DNA of 64,000 nt from a virus. Position numbers and translations under genes: made by a program. The DNA is taken from IMG/VR virus record IMGVR_UViG_3300028844_006278; one strand, written 5' to 3'. Below are positions 27,328 through 36,706 of the stretch, in pieces. Position 1 is the stretch's first letter, and each line of letters begins with the position of its first letter. Below the pieces are notes generated by a model. That model saw only the letters and a program-made list of their open reading frames with translations. It had not been told where the DNA came from and did no database searches.

Positions 27328-27662
27328 GTATGTTCCTCCGATCGGCAGCTCTCCTCCTCTTCTTCTTCTTCGAGGTACATCTGCTCAATACCTAGACTTA
27401 GTTGATAGAACTCGCCGCTCTCCGAGACTGATCCGTCCGCACGTACCCGGCGTAACAGTCCATCTTCGTGCAGTGTCTGGAGGATACTCTTAAGTGTGCG
27501 GTATGCACAGCCGACCTGAGCAGCGAGCCTACTTGTATCGGCCTTCGCCCGGCCGTTCTCGTCAGCCTCCGAGGCCAGATACAGGAGAATGAGCGCCTCC
27601 CGCGCGCTAAGTACGAGACAGTCGCGGATATACTGGATAGCCCAGGTAGCATACTGTGTCAT
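27315..27662 (-). CDS. wHTH protein, tandem paralog of the initiator N-terminus
   Basis: Shared DNA ggccagatacaggagaatgagcgcctcc; acidic tail. Confidence 0.75.
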   Translation of the reverse strand: MTQYATWAIQYIRDCLVLSAREALILLYLASEADENGRAKADTSRLAAQVGCAYRTLKSILQTLHEDGLLRRVRADGSVSESGEFYQLSLGIEQMYLEEEEEEESCRSEEHTCQF

Positions 27663-27973
27663 CTCCGTCTCCAGACTAGCACGTTAGGTTGAACAGGTTC
27701 GAATGGCCCGATCCCTAGTCCTGCATTCTCCAGGAGGTCGAGAGGGTCCGGTGTAATAGCGAGCCCGGTGTACCAGCAGTTCTCGCATCCCCGGCCTCGG
27801 CATCGACAGTTGCGCGCAGGTTCTACAGGAGCTGTATTCGGCAGCCGGACGACGCGCTTGCCGACGATCCGAGGTGAGTATCCGATATTTATGGTAGTAT
27901 CCACACGAGGTACTGGTGTGCGTGGCGTAATCCTTAGCCGTCGTGATGTGGTTCCCATTTGGGGGTCCTCCAA
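27659..27973 (-). CDS. Hypothetical protein with Cys cluster
   Basis: CRCRGRGCENCWYTG. Confidence 0.55.
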   Translation of the reverse strand: MEDPQMGTTSRRLRITPRTPVPRVDTTINIGYSPRIVGKRVVRLPNTAPVEPARNCRCRGRGCENCWYTGLAITPDPLDLLENAGLGIGPFEPVQPNVLVWRRR

Positions 27974-28012
27974 TTTTTTAGAACGTCTGTGCCCGATCGG
28001 TCTGGCTGTCCC

Positions 28013-28549
28013 TCATTGCCGTACTCCGTCCAGGCCTTCTCCGCAGAGCTGTTCCGCGCCGTACACCGCAATGGCAAGGGCAGACCACATGTCTCCCTTC
28101 AATCCATACAGCATACCTGGATCTGCCTTTGTGCCTTGTCCCTTCTTTCCGGAGCCATAGTATCCAAAACGCTCGAGCATCCGTGCGCGCACGTTCGTGT
28201 CCTTAGCACGAGAGCTCTGGCAGTGGTGGATCTTTACCTTATTCCGGGTAACCAGTCGGAAGTCCGCACCGTACTCCTTAGCTACTCGTCGGTACTCTCC
28301 GATCCAGAAGCATGTTTCAAATACGTCGTACCCTACTGCAAAGCCCATGTGGGCGATGTCCTCGCAGAATATAGTTAGAGGAATGTCCGCATCAGGGTCG
28401 GACAGCTCCTCTTTCAGCACGCGCACTATATGCTCCCCATCAGTAAGATACTTACTGTCGATCACAAGGCGACCGCCCTCCATACTGAGGAGGACGGCTC
28501 CGTTGTGCGCTTTGTTGCTAGGGTCAATCCCTAGTAAGCGGATCGACAT
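28013..28549 (-). CDS. RuvC-like Holliday junction resolvase
   Basis: LLGIDP, CED, D.WSALAIA RNase H-fold pattern. Confidence 0.78.
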   Translation of the reverse strand: MSIRLLGIDPSNKAHNGAVLLSMEGGRLVIDSKYLTDGEHIVRVLKEELSDPDADIPLTIFCEDIAHMGFAVGYDVFETCFWIGEYRRVAKEYGADFRLVTRNKVKIHHCQSSRAKDTNVRARMLERFGYYGSGKKGQGTKADPGMLYGLKGDMWSALAIAVYGAEQLCGEGLDGVRQ

Positions 28550-28550
28550 T

Positions 28551-29663
28551 CTAACCGATCAGCGCCAGCAGCTGCTGCCGGGCACTTTCATCCAAGTCTA
28601 GTGTCGGTGCAGGAGGCTCTGCGTGCACAGCCTCGAGTGCCTGCAGTACGGACCCCTTGAGATCGTCCAGATCTCCGAGAAGACCTTCGAGGAGCTCAGA
28701 CGGAGTCTTAGGTGTGTCCTCGCCTTCTACCTTAGTCATGGCAGAGACGTCATACCCTTCGTTTTCCAGCAGTTCCTTTGCGTCGCGGAGACGCTCTGCG
28801 TGGATCTCCTCCTTGGTGCGGCGGCGGCGTGTCTTCTTCTCATCGGACGTATTCGGAGAAGAGGCTGTATCGTGGGAGGCTGCGACTGGATTAGGCGAAG
28901 CGGCTGCATCGGAGTTTACGGTAGCGGGTGGCATAGTAGGAGTGTCCTCTGTGTGGTTTTTGGATTGCGCCTTTCCTGCTTCGTGCAGGAAGGCAGTCAC
29001 TGGTTCTGACGGGGCGGCGGGTACTGGGTCGACTACCGCGGCTCCTTGTTTCTTCTGTTTCTCTCGTCGTGCGAGCATTCGCTTTTGCGGCCCTGTTAAG
29101 TTGTTGTAGATGTTAACGATAGTCTCCGAACATCTGCCTCGGAGCAGTACGTCTACTCCATCTCCGCACTGGATGGCATAGCCCAGGTTATCCGGGCCAT
29201 TGTCGGAGTCGGCAAGCACTGACAATCCACAGACGTCAGTAGCCACGTCGTAGCACCAGCTGGCGGGGATCATGTCGTCCTTATTGGTGGACGCGGTAAA
29301 CGTATAGTCGGTCCCATTTACTCTAATAGCCGCCATACCCGGGGTAATCAAGGACACAGCCATCCGCGAGGTGGATGAGAATAGGCCTATACATTCCAGA
29401 AGGACTCGAGAGTCCTCGTGTGACGGTGCGACGATGAATATACTTTCTGTCGACGACTCGCAGGACACCGGAATGGCCCGTGAGATAAACACATCCGAAC
29501 CGCCCGACATCGGCCTGTACAAGCGCTGTAGGTGTAAGTGACGTCCTAGGACATCGAGCTCCAAGTGAAGCTCCTCTTCCTCGGAGTATCCTGGAAGAGT
29601 AGGGAACCCTAGCTCTAGTTCCTCGTCTGTTTGAGTTTTTACAATAATTGAGTTGTTTGTCAT
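28551..29663 (-). CDS. Hypothetical protein with disordered central region
   Basis: 370-aa ORF in operon. Confidence 0.7.
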   Translation of the reverse strand: MTNNSIIVKTQTDEELELGFPTLPGYSEEEELHLELDVLGRHLHLQRLYRPMSGGSDVFISRAIPVSCESSTESIFIVAPSHEDSRVLLECIGLFSSTSRMAVSLITPGMAAIRVNGTDYTFTASTNKDDMIPASWCYDVATDVCGLSVLADSDNGPDNLGYAIQCGDGVDVLLRGRCSETIVNIYNNLTGPQKRMLARREKQKKQGAAVVDPVPAAPSEPVTAFLHEAGKAQSKNHTEDTPTMPPATVNSDAAASPNPVAASHDTASSPNTSDEKKTRRRRTKEEIHAERLRDAKELLENEGYDVSAMTKVEGEDTPKTPSELLEGLLGDLDDLKGSVLQALEAVHAEPPAPTLDLDESARQQLLALIG

Positions 29664-30314
29664 CTACTTCTCCAAAGTTAGGAGGGCGTGATATAGGGCC
29701 CTTAGTTTATATACTTGACGGGTGAGGGCAGGACTCCCTACCCCCATATAGCTGTTTGGTAGGTCTCCGTCAAATGCTGGAATAACTCGCGCACATACCT
29801 CCTCGAATCGATAGCCTCCTTGAATGTATGTAGTACGTCTATTAATCTCGTCCTGCAGCGCTCCTAGAGTGTCTACTGACGGTAGCTCTATCCCCACGCT
29901 CATACACTTATACAGAGCCACCATGTCTAGACAGGGCATGTCGGCTAAGATGGGAAAGTGAGCCTGTATCCAAGGACGGGTGAATCTTGCAGTATGCATC
30001 ACTAAGAATGAACTATCCTTCTTAGCGGTGTTTGCCAAGACCTGGGCCTCTATCACATCCATAGCGTTGTCGTAGTAAGTATCTGAAGACACGCCGGTTA
30101 TATCGATAAGAGACTTTCCTGTACTTCCCAGAGAGGCGCTAGGGTCTGCTCCTTTGATGTACATAGTTCCTATGTCCTGCACATCTGCCGCCCCCGTACA
30201 GGAGACGGCCAGCAGATTGTGTTTTTCCGGGGACAGCCCATCTGTTCCGACGGTTACGCTCAGCGCGCGTGCAGGATCGATCCCACGTGCTGTAAGCCAT
30301 GTGTGTAGGGTCAT
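29664..30314 (-). CDS. Degenerate DnaQ-like (DEDD) exonuclease-fold protein
   Basis: VTVGTDGLSP (ExoI-like, acids lost), DITGVS, LVMH..RF, CLDM. Confidence 0.5.
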   Translation of the reverse strand: MTLHTWLTARGIDPARALSVTVGTDGLSPEKHNLLAVSCTGAADVQDIGTMYIKGADPSASLGSTGKSLIDITGVSSDTYYDNAMDVIEAQVLANTAKKDSSFLVMHTARFTRPWIQAHFPILADMPCLDMVALYKCMSVGIELPSVDTLGALQDEINRRTTYIQGGYRFEEVCARVIPAFDGDLPNSYMGVGSPALTRQVYKLRALYHALLTLEK

Positions 30315-30343
30315 TCAGGTACTCTCCTTCGTATCTCTATATT

Positions 30344-30961
30344 TCATTGCGTTGCCTTTGTTACGCTACCCCGGAGGATAGCGATTGCGTCCTTTACTAA
30401 GGCGGCCCCAGCGACGTGCCACATGGCGGAATATGCGGCGGAATATGCGGCGGAAGTTGAGGCGTACTCTGCGGCGGACCGTGCGGCGTTCCACATGTCG
30501 GAATATGCGGCGGACCGTGCGGCGGACCAGGCGTACTCTGCGGTGGACCCAGCGGCGGACCCCGCGGCGGACCGTGCGGCGTGCCACATGGCGGAATATG
30601 CGGCGGAATATGCGGCGGAAGTTGCGGCGGAATATGCGTCTCCCCGGTCCTGCTCTCTCCCCTCCCGCAGCCAGCGAAGAACTACTTCGGGTACTTCTGC
30701 CTCCCAGTTCCCGATACAGCGGAGAGCAGAGCGCCGAGCTGCAAGGCTGCGCTGCTCTTCAGACATTAGGCGACATAGAGCCCAGAGTTTATCATCCGAT
30801 GGGATCTTTCGCATACGTCCTAACTGCTCTATGCTGATCGGCAGCTTAGGCATCAACCATGCGCCTAGTACCGTACACGGATATCCGCTACATGCGTCAA
30901 AGTAGCAGGCGCTTTTCGATACTAGCCACTCGTGCGTTATTACCTTATCTTCGTCTTTCAT
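30344..30961 (-). CDS. Ala-rich (SAAx)n repeat protein, cassette copy 2
   Basis: Paralog of copies 1 and 3; 13-bp direct repeat tttcattgcgttg at 30342-30354 and 30956-30968. Confidence 0.85.
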   Translation of the reverse strand: MKDEDKVITHEWLVSKSACYFDACSGYPCTVLGAWLMPKLPISIEQLGRMRKIPSDDKLWALCRLMSEEQRSLAARRSALRCIGNWEAEVPEVVLRWLREGREQDRGDAYSAATSAAYSAAYSAMWHAARSAAGSAAGSTAEYAWSAARSAAYSDMWNAARSAAEYASTSAAYSAAYSAMWHVAGAALVKDAIAILRGSVTKATQ

Positions 30962-30994
30962 TGCGTTGTTGTTCCTTGTTATTAAGTGTAGGTA

Positions 30995-31786
30995 CTACAG
31001 AGACACAGATACGTGAGGTAGGTGTAGCTCGTCCGCAGATGTGCGGTACCAGTCTGCGATGTTATGCGGACTAGCCGCCACTACTCCGCTTCCTTGGAAA
31101 TACCGATAAGGCCACGCCTCGCGATCTGATCCGGCATCTAGTACGATAGACTCTCTAAGAGAGTATAGATTTCGAACCAAGTCCAGTCCGTGGTCATATC
31201 CCGGCTGCCTCTGTATCCAATCTATCGCGGATACCCGTTCTCGAAGGAACGGAAGCCGTTGAGAGGAGGATGGGATGGTAATGTACAGCCTCGGAGGCCG
31301 GATCTCCTCGTCCTCAGCAGGTGCTTCCAGCATTCCTTCCAATAGATCAACGATTTCCACATCCCCTCTGCGCCGAAGAGAGATGTTCCAAGCAGCGTCA
31401 CCGATACTTAGCGACTTACTTAGTCCCGTAAGCTGTACACGCTCCTCTGTGGACACATCGTCTGATTCGACTACGAATCCCTTACGAGGTCCGGAGACGA
31501 TACGGCAGGTAGTTTTAGGACTGTACGTTAGGCAGTGCCTCTCTCGCTCCCTGTGTAGAACAGGAGCTCTACGGTGTATTGTAACATCTCCGGAGGACTC
31601 GTCCAACTGCACGACGTTTAGCATCAGCTTATCTCCTCGGATGAACCTGTGAGAGGCAGTATATGCAGTAGCTGACCAGCAGTAGTGATATACTCCAGGT
31701 CCTGCCGCTATTGCCACCTCTCTACATCGTCGTAGGGTCTCCTGCATATCCGACTCATCTTCGTCGGTCACATAATCTTTTTGCAT
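30995..31786 (-). CDS. Hypothetical protein
   Basis: ORF in operon. Confidence 0.7.
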   Translation of the reverse strand: MQKDYVTDEDESDMQETLRRCREVAIAAGPGVYHYCWSATAYTASHRFIRGDKLMLNVVQLDESSGDVTIHRRAPVLHRERERHCLTYSPKTTCRIVSGPRKGFVVESDDVSTEERVQLTGLSKSLSIGDAAWNISLRRRGDVEIVDLLEGMLEAPAEDEEIRPPRLYITIPSSSQRLPFLRERVSAIDWIQRQPGYDHGLDLVRNLYSLRESIVLDAGSDREAWPYRYFQGSGVVAASPHNIADWYRTSADELHLPHVSVSL

Positions 31787-31790
31787 ATAG

Positions 31791-32708
31791 TTATCTTCCT
31801 TTTATCTGACAAGACAGGCACACTACATCTCCGCTATCCGGGAGGAAGAGTCCTCTGTGCTGATATGCACATATCCTGACCTCGCTGTAGGTCCGCTCAA
31901 ATCTTGATAGCGGACACCTGTCCTGACCTATAGGACACGGGGCGCAGGATCTGCCGAAGCGGGGACTGCCGTTAATAGGACAATCCCCCAACCTACCGGC
32001 AGCCAGTCTTTTGTTGTATGTTTTCTGAGACGCGCCTACATCTACGTCCTCTAGTGATAGCCGACCGTTGATTACGCAGACTGTTGCTATAAGCCACATA
32101 CTGCATATGTCGAAATCGGAGTACTTACTGTACTTAGGTGCCCCTATGTCTCGAAGTACCTGCTGTATGTGTCCTCCGGTCATCCCCGCGGACCATTTGT
32201 TGCCGGCCGCTAATCCTGTGTAGGCCTCCAGACTTACATCGTACCTTCTTCCCTTCTTGGAAGGCGCCCGGCGCATTGATAAGACACGAAGCAGGGATCT
32301 AGACGGAGCGGTATTATCCCAGCCACCTAGACTTAGCGAGCCTTCGCGCAGTTCATCGAACTGCCCACACACCCTGATCAACAAGGTACGCAGCTTCTCT
32401 CCGGACAGATGCTCTCCTGCCAAGTCATCCAAGAGGAATCCTACGCATCTCCTGCGAACAGCTAATGCGTAGTCATCCTCAAGAACTTCGTCGAAGTACG
32501 ACCCGTCGCCTATATCCTCTAAGCCAGGGGAGAAGTCCCCCGGCTTGTGGATGAACGATAAGATATACTCTGTAAGCTCCTCTCGAACTTGACCAGTCAC
32601 TAGACCATCAACAAGATCCCTGTCTAGTAGACCTTCATGCAGGCTGTTGCGGAGCTTGCGTAGCTTGGGAAGCGAAGGGCGCCGTATCGAACAGTTCTGG
32701 TTGGTCAT
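31791..32708 (-). CDS. Hypothetical protein with Cys-rich C-terminus
   Basis: Multiple Cys motifs. Confidence 0.72.
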   Translation of the reverse strand: MTNQNCSIRRPSLPKLRKLRNSLHEGLLDRDLVDGLVTGQVREELTEYILSFIHKPGDFSPGLEDIGDGSYFDEVLEDDYALAVRRRCVGFLLDDLAGEHLSGEKLRTLLIRVCGQFDELREGSLSLGGWDNTAPSRSLLRVLSMRRAPSKKGRRYDVSLEAYTGLAAGNKWSAGMTGGHIQQVLRDIGAPKYSKYSDFDICSMWLIATVCVINGRLSLEDVDVGASQKTYNKRLAAGRLGDCPINGSPRFGRSCAPCPIGQDRCPLSRFERTYSEVRICAYQHRGLFLPDSGDVVCLSCQIKGR

Positions 32709-32955
32709 CTACTTTCTCCGGCCCAGACACGAATGTTTGGATCATAGTGGTAAGGATGGTATCGATCTGCCTGAGTAATGCGATCCTCTCCCGGACGCGC
32801 ATAGTTGGAGGGGATTGGGAGAACTCTACGAAGGAAGTAGTCGCCAAAAGGTCAGCAGGGACTTCGCTCATAAGAGAGTCTGCGAGGCCTTCTCGAGAAT
32901 CCTGCAGCTCACTACGCAGCGCTGCGACATCGCCCGCCGTCTGTAGTCTTATCAC
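32635..32955 (-). CDS. Hypothetical protein
   Basis: GTGA-coupled. Confidence 0.55.
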   Translation of the reverse strand: MIRLQTAGDVAALRSELQDSREGLADSLMSEVPADLLATTSFVEFSQSPPTMRVRERIALLRQIDTILTTMIQTFVSGPEKVDDQPELFDTAPFASQATQAPQQPA

Positions 32956-33689
32956 GCGGATTCCTCAGATGTAGCGTCGTCAAAGGCGCTTCGAATAGGC
33001 ACCACCTGCGAACTCAGGTATGCAGACAATCTCACAGCTTCGTCGGAGATAGAGGCAATTAGAGCATCATTCTCGCAATCGCCGTGCACGATGAGGTCGT
33101 AGTCATCGTCAGCCGTTTTATCAGCATCTGCTGCGGTATGCGCAGCTTCCGGGTACTTAAGCATATGGGCCTTAATCTTCTCGAGATCGCTCTCCAGCAT
33201 CTTGAGCATCTTGCGGAACCATCCCTTAGCAGACATGGCGCGAGCTCTAGGGGGACTGGCCGAGGAGTCGTCGGATACTGCCTTATTGACGAGCTCCCGT
33301 ACTTGTCGGACGGTCAGATTAGAGGTCGCGGCCTCTTCGATGACTTGCTCTCTTGTCTCCTCGTCCGGGAGACGAAGAACCTCGCGGGCAGATGACCACT
33401 CGATGGAGAGATCCTCCACGGAGTCCGAGGATGGGAAGGCCTTGAAGAACCTCAACATCTCCTGCAACAGTCTGGGAGTCTTCCCTACCTTCTCTGCAAT
33501 CCGCTCTACAGCTCTGGAGCCATATACGCCCTCGTTTTCCTGGACTGTCGATATGACTTGTCCTACCCTCCAAGCGTAGTTGAGGGCCTTTCGATTACCT
33601 TCGCGCAACAGCGCGTCCACCAGTCCAGCGGCATTGTCCAGATCGCTCGGAGGTATGAAGGTGGTGGTCGTTTGTGTTAGAGATTCCAT
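32952..33689 (-). CDS. DUF1016/YhcG N-terminal-like DNA-binding protein
   Basis: W.VG..I...YG..AVE.IA...G...R.L..M.RF...FP...EWS..R.VL. Confidence 0.65.
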   Translation of the reverse strand: MESLTQTTTTFIPPSDLDNAAGLVDALLREGNRKALNYAWRVGQVISTVQENEGVYGSRAVERIAEKVGKTPRLLQEMLRFFKAFPSSDSVEDLSIEWSSAREVLRLPDEETREQVIEEAATSNLTVRQVRELVNKAVSDDSSASPPRARAMSAKGWFRKMLKMLESDLEKIKAHMLKYPEAAHTAADADKTADDDYDLIVHGDCENDALIASISDEAVRLSAYLSSQVVPIRSAFDDATSEESA

Positions 33690-34240
33690 TATGATCTCTC
33701 CTTTGTTAGTGTGTCTACATCTATGATCTCTAGAGGAGTCCGCTCCAAGGAGGAGGGGACTATAATCCTAGGGTGCGGAACAGCTGTGGGGCGGGATGCA
33801 CTATATGCTTTAAGGACATATGTATGTTTACTGGGAACCCTGAATAGAAGCCAGGGCGGGCTGTGACCTGCTTCGGACATCTGTAGGACATCCCTATACT
33901 TAGCCCACGTCTTTAGAAGAGCGGACGACGTAAAGGAATCCGGCTTCAGTAAGAAGCCGACCAGCTTACTCTGCGAAATCGTCTTATGATACACGAAGAC
34001 GTGATCGACCACTCCTGCGCTAAGTGACTTATAGGAGGAGAGAACGTCCTTCGCATCGAAGGCGTCCCCCCAGAACCTCTGTATATCCTTAGGCTCTACT
34101 CCGAGGGACGGAGCCGCATCCTTCATAAGATCCCTAGACAGTCTCCACCTCTTACGCTGCTTGGTCTTATCGTTTCGCTTCCGCTCAGCCTTTCTAAACC
34201 GCGCGGCAAGCTCCGTCCGCCTATCCTCGTACTCACTCAC
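33689..34240 (-). CDS. Basic hypothetical protein
   Basis: Coupled ORF. Confidence 0.7.
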   Translation of the reverse strand: MSEYEDRRTELAARFRKAERKRNDKTKQRKRWRLSRDLMKDAAPSLGVEPKDIQRFWGDAFDAKDVLSSYKSLSAGVVDHVFVYHKTISQSKLVGFLLKPDSFTSSALLKTWAKYRDVLQMSEAGHSPPWLLFRVPSKHTYVLKAYSASRPTAVPHPRIIVPSSLERTPLEIIDVDTLTKERS

Positions 34241-35499
34241 AACAGGGCCTGCCCTTCGAAGTGAGGCTGACGTGAGACAGACAGAAGATCCTGTAAGTCC
34301 TTTACGAGGTCAGGATCGTTATGGATAGCGTGGCCTAGATCCTTTGGAGTAGCCTCCTTGATGCCGAGACGAGAGCACTTTAGCTTATTGCCAGCTCCGC
34401 CGATGTGGCAGATCTCTTTCAGCTTAGCGCGCTCAATCGTTACCCTGCCCGTCTCTCGAGTTAGCAACTCCACCAAGGACGTATCCCAGTCAATATCTAC
34501 GTGATACCGCTGATAATCCTCCTCGGTCTCTCCCATATGGGATAGGATAAGATCTCGAGAGTGCTTCTCCTTGTCAGGGCCCCGGGTACGCATCTGCACA
34601 CAGATCTTGAGTCCCGTATCGGCCAGGGACGCCTTCAGGGTCTGCATCCATACCTTGGACCGCGCCTCAGACCGCAGTTTATTTCCTCCCTTCTCCCGAA
34701 TCATCTCAATCGTGGCGAAGTTTAGGAAATCTTTATGCGCTCCGCCCGGCGATCCCTTCTCCGGCGCGAAGTTGGCACCGCCTTGTCCTGCAGGCATCTT
34801 CTCCTTCAGGTGATTAATGATCACTAGGGCCATGGGCCGCTCTTGCAGCTTGGTTAGAGTCCATGTCTTCAGATGGTTTGTAAGATCAGAGGCCCGTCGT
34901 GCGGACAGGTACCCGCTTACTGAATTGACGTCGCCCGTCTTGTTAAGGGCCGTTACCTCTTCTTTAGAGACCAATGCGCCCATGCTATCCAATAGGAATA
35001 CCATAGGATGAGACTGGTCCGGCACTACCTGGTCATACTGCGTGGCGTACTCACTCATCGCCAGGGACAGGTCTTCCACCGTCTTTACCGGGACGCGCAT
35101 GATCATCTCGCTGAACAGCACGTCATCGTCGAGAATCCCTCGGACTAGGTTGTCGTTGGTCTTATTCTCCACATCCAGATATACCCCAATGCCCGCGGCA
35201 CGCTCGTACTTTAGGAACTGCGACACTACCCACCATCCCATCTGGGACTTTAAGGATCCCGGCTTACCTACCAAGGACATTGCTTGACGGAGAGGCAGTA
35301 CATCCAAGCCCAGTAGATACTGGAACGGAAGGGCGCCTGTCAACGGAATACCCGTCTTAGGATCTCCCATAGGTCGAGGGGCATGGTTTTTCATCACCTT
35401 ACCGAAGAGGTCTCTAGCAGCAAAGCGAAGGGCGGCGCCGTCTGTTGACTCTTTGGTAGGACTTGCTAGGGCTACTGAGGCCCGTTTACGTGGAGGCAT
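34237..35499 (-). CDS. RecA/UvsX-like recombinase
   Basis: Walker A variant GKPGSLKS, YLDVENK, Walker B FLLDS, INHLKEK, PGG.HKDF. Confidence 0.85.
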   Translation of the reverse strand: MPPRKRASVALASPTKESTDGAALRFAARDLFGKVMKNHAPRPMGDPKTGIPLTGALPFQYLLGLDVLPLRQAMSLVGKPGSLKSQMGWWVVSQFLKYERAAGIGVYLDVENKTNDNLVRGILDDDVLFSEMIMRVPVKTVEDLSLAMSEYATQYDQVVPDQSHPMVFLLDSMGALVSKEEVTALNKTGDVNSVSGYLSARRASDLTNHLKTWTLTKLQERPMALVIINHLKEKMPAGQGGANFAPEKGSPGGAHKDFLNFATIEMIREKGGNKLRSEARSKVWMQTLKASLADTGLKICVQMRTRGPDKEKHSRDLILSHMGETEEDYQRYHVDIDWDTSLVELLTRETGRVTIERAKLKEICHIGGAGNKLKCSRLGIKEATPKDLGHAIHNDPDLVKDLQDLLSVSRQPHFEGQALL

Positions 35500-35520
35500 G
35501 TATATTTTTTCTCCAATTTA

Positions 35521-35550
35521 TAGGAAATAGCATACGTGTGCTATTTCCTA
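35521..35550. promoter_or_regulatory. 30-bp palindrome with core box TAGCATACGTgTGCTA upstream of the recA-like gene
   Basis: taggaaatagcatac|gtgtgctatttccta. Confidence 0.7.
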
Positions 35551-35599
35551 GTGAGTTGTTGTTTGTGCGTCGGATAGTAGCTGACATGGAGTCGAGGTA

Positions 35600-36706
35600 C
35601 TAATATATCTGTTGGTCATTCTTTTTGTCCCTGAAGTCAGTCCCCAGGCAGTCCTTCCATCCCCGGGAATGCCTAGAACATTCTAGCATATCGTTGTCGA
35701 AGGCCTTGCGGTAGGAGTCGACGCAGTTTTCGCAATGCACTGGAGTCTTGGCGGTTAGAGGAGGCTGCAGGGCTGCCAATCTTTTTCTAAGGTAAGTTCG
35801 ACTAGGCTCGGCATCCTTCGCGATCGTAGACCCAGGCTCAGTTCCAGCTAGCATACAATCGAGCACCTCCAGTGCCGCCTCTATCTCTGAGGCCTCCTCC
35901 GCAGCAGGATCGGGCTTTGGAAGCGTCGGTATAGCCGGAGCCTCCATATGCCACTCGCACACGCACTCAGACGGATTCTTCACTAACTGGTGACTGACTC
36001 CTTTGACGTCATCGACCACGGCATATCCCAGATAATACCACCCCGCTACAGATGGGGCTCCCTTTTTCCACTCGGTACGTTGTGGGATAGAATTGCTCGG
36101 TCGAAGTCCTAGCTGTCTGAGGTTCTCCAGATGCTCGGACAATGCCCGAAGCAGCTCCGGTTGATCCGGGTCTCGCCAGTCCACTGGAGACTCCCTTCCG
36201 TATAGGATCTCGAGTGCCCTATTAGATAAAGGCAGATGTTGGAGGAGCGGCGAGGGATCTGGAATGATCTGCTGATGAAGTGCGGCGAAACGAGCGCATA
36301 TGTCCGAATTCTTATCTAGCTCAGACAGGGAATTCTCTATCTCCTTGAGCTCTATCTGCTTATCCGTAAGAGCAGTGAATGGAGCATAGGGCAGCGGAAT
36401 TGGCATGTGGGCAAGCATAGGTATCTCTCTGGAACATTCGTATTCGTCCTCGGGGTGACCAGAATGAAAGTATGTCATCGTCTCCCCAAAAATACTGCGG
36501 ACCCAGTAGTGTCCGGGAGCAGAGGGAGCTCCATGCTCCCATGCTGGATATATATCGCAAATCCGCTCGGCCATCGCAGTTGTGAAATTCGTCGGAGCTC
36601 GTTCTAGCTCTTTGTCGAAGAATCGGTGCACTTCTTCGACGGTTGATCCTGATGATATGGTATTCACCACCCTTCTCCTATTCTTTCTATTTCTTGAATC
36701 TTCCAC
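35600..36706 (-). CDS. Hypothetical protein with internally duplicated DUF551-like modules
   Basis: Two W..GAPS..G.Y...HM motifs, each followed by EIE..L..LD. Confidence 0.6.
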   Translation of the reverse strand: MEDSRNRKNRRRVVNTISSGSTVEEVHRFFDKELERAPTNFTTAMAERICDIYPAWEHGAPSAPGHYWVRSIFGETMTYFHSGHPEDEYECSREIPMLAHMPIPLPYAPFTALTDKQIELKEIENSLSELDKNSDICARFAALHQQIIPDPSPLLQHLPLSNRALEILYGRESPVDWRDPDQPELLRALSEHLENLRQLGLRPSNSIPQRTEWKKGAPSVAGWYYLGYAVVDDVKGVSHQLVKNPSECVCEWHMEAPAIPTLPKPDPAAEEASEIEAALEVLDCMLAGTEPGSTIAKDAEPSRTYLRKRLAALQPPLTAKTPVHCENCVDSYRKAFDNDMLECSRHSRGWKDCLGTDFRDKKNDQQIY

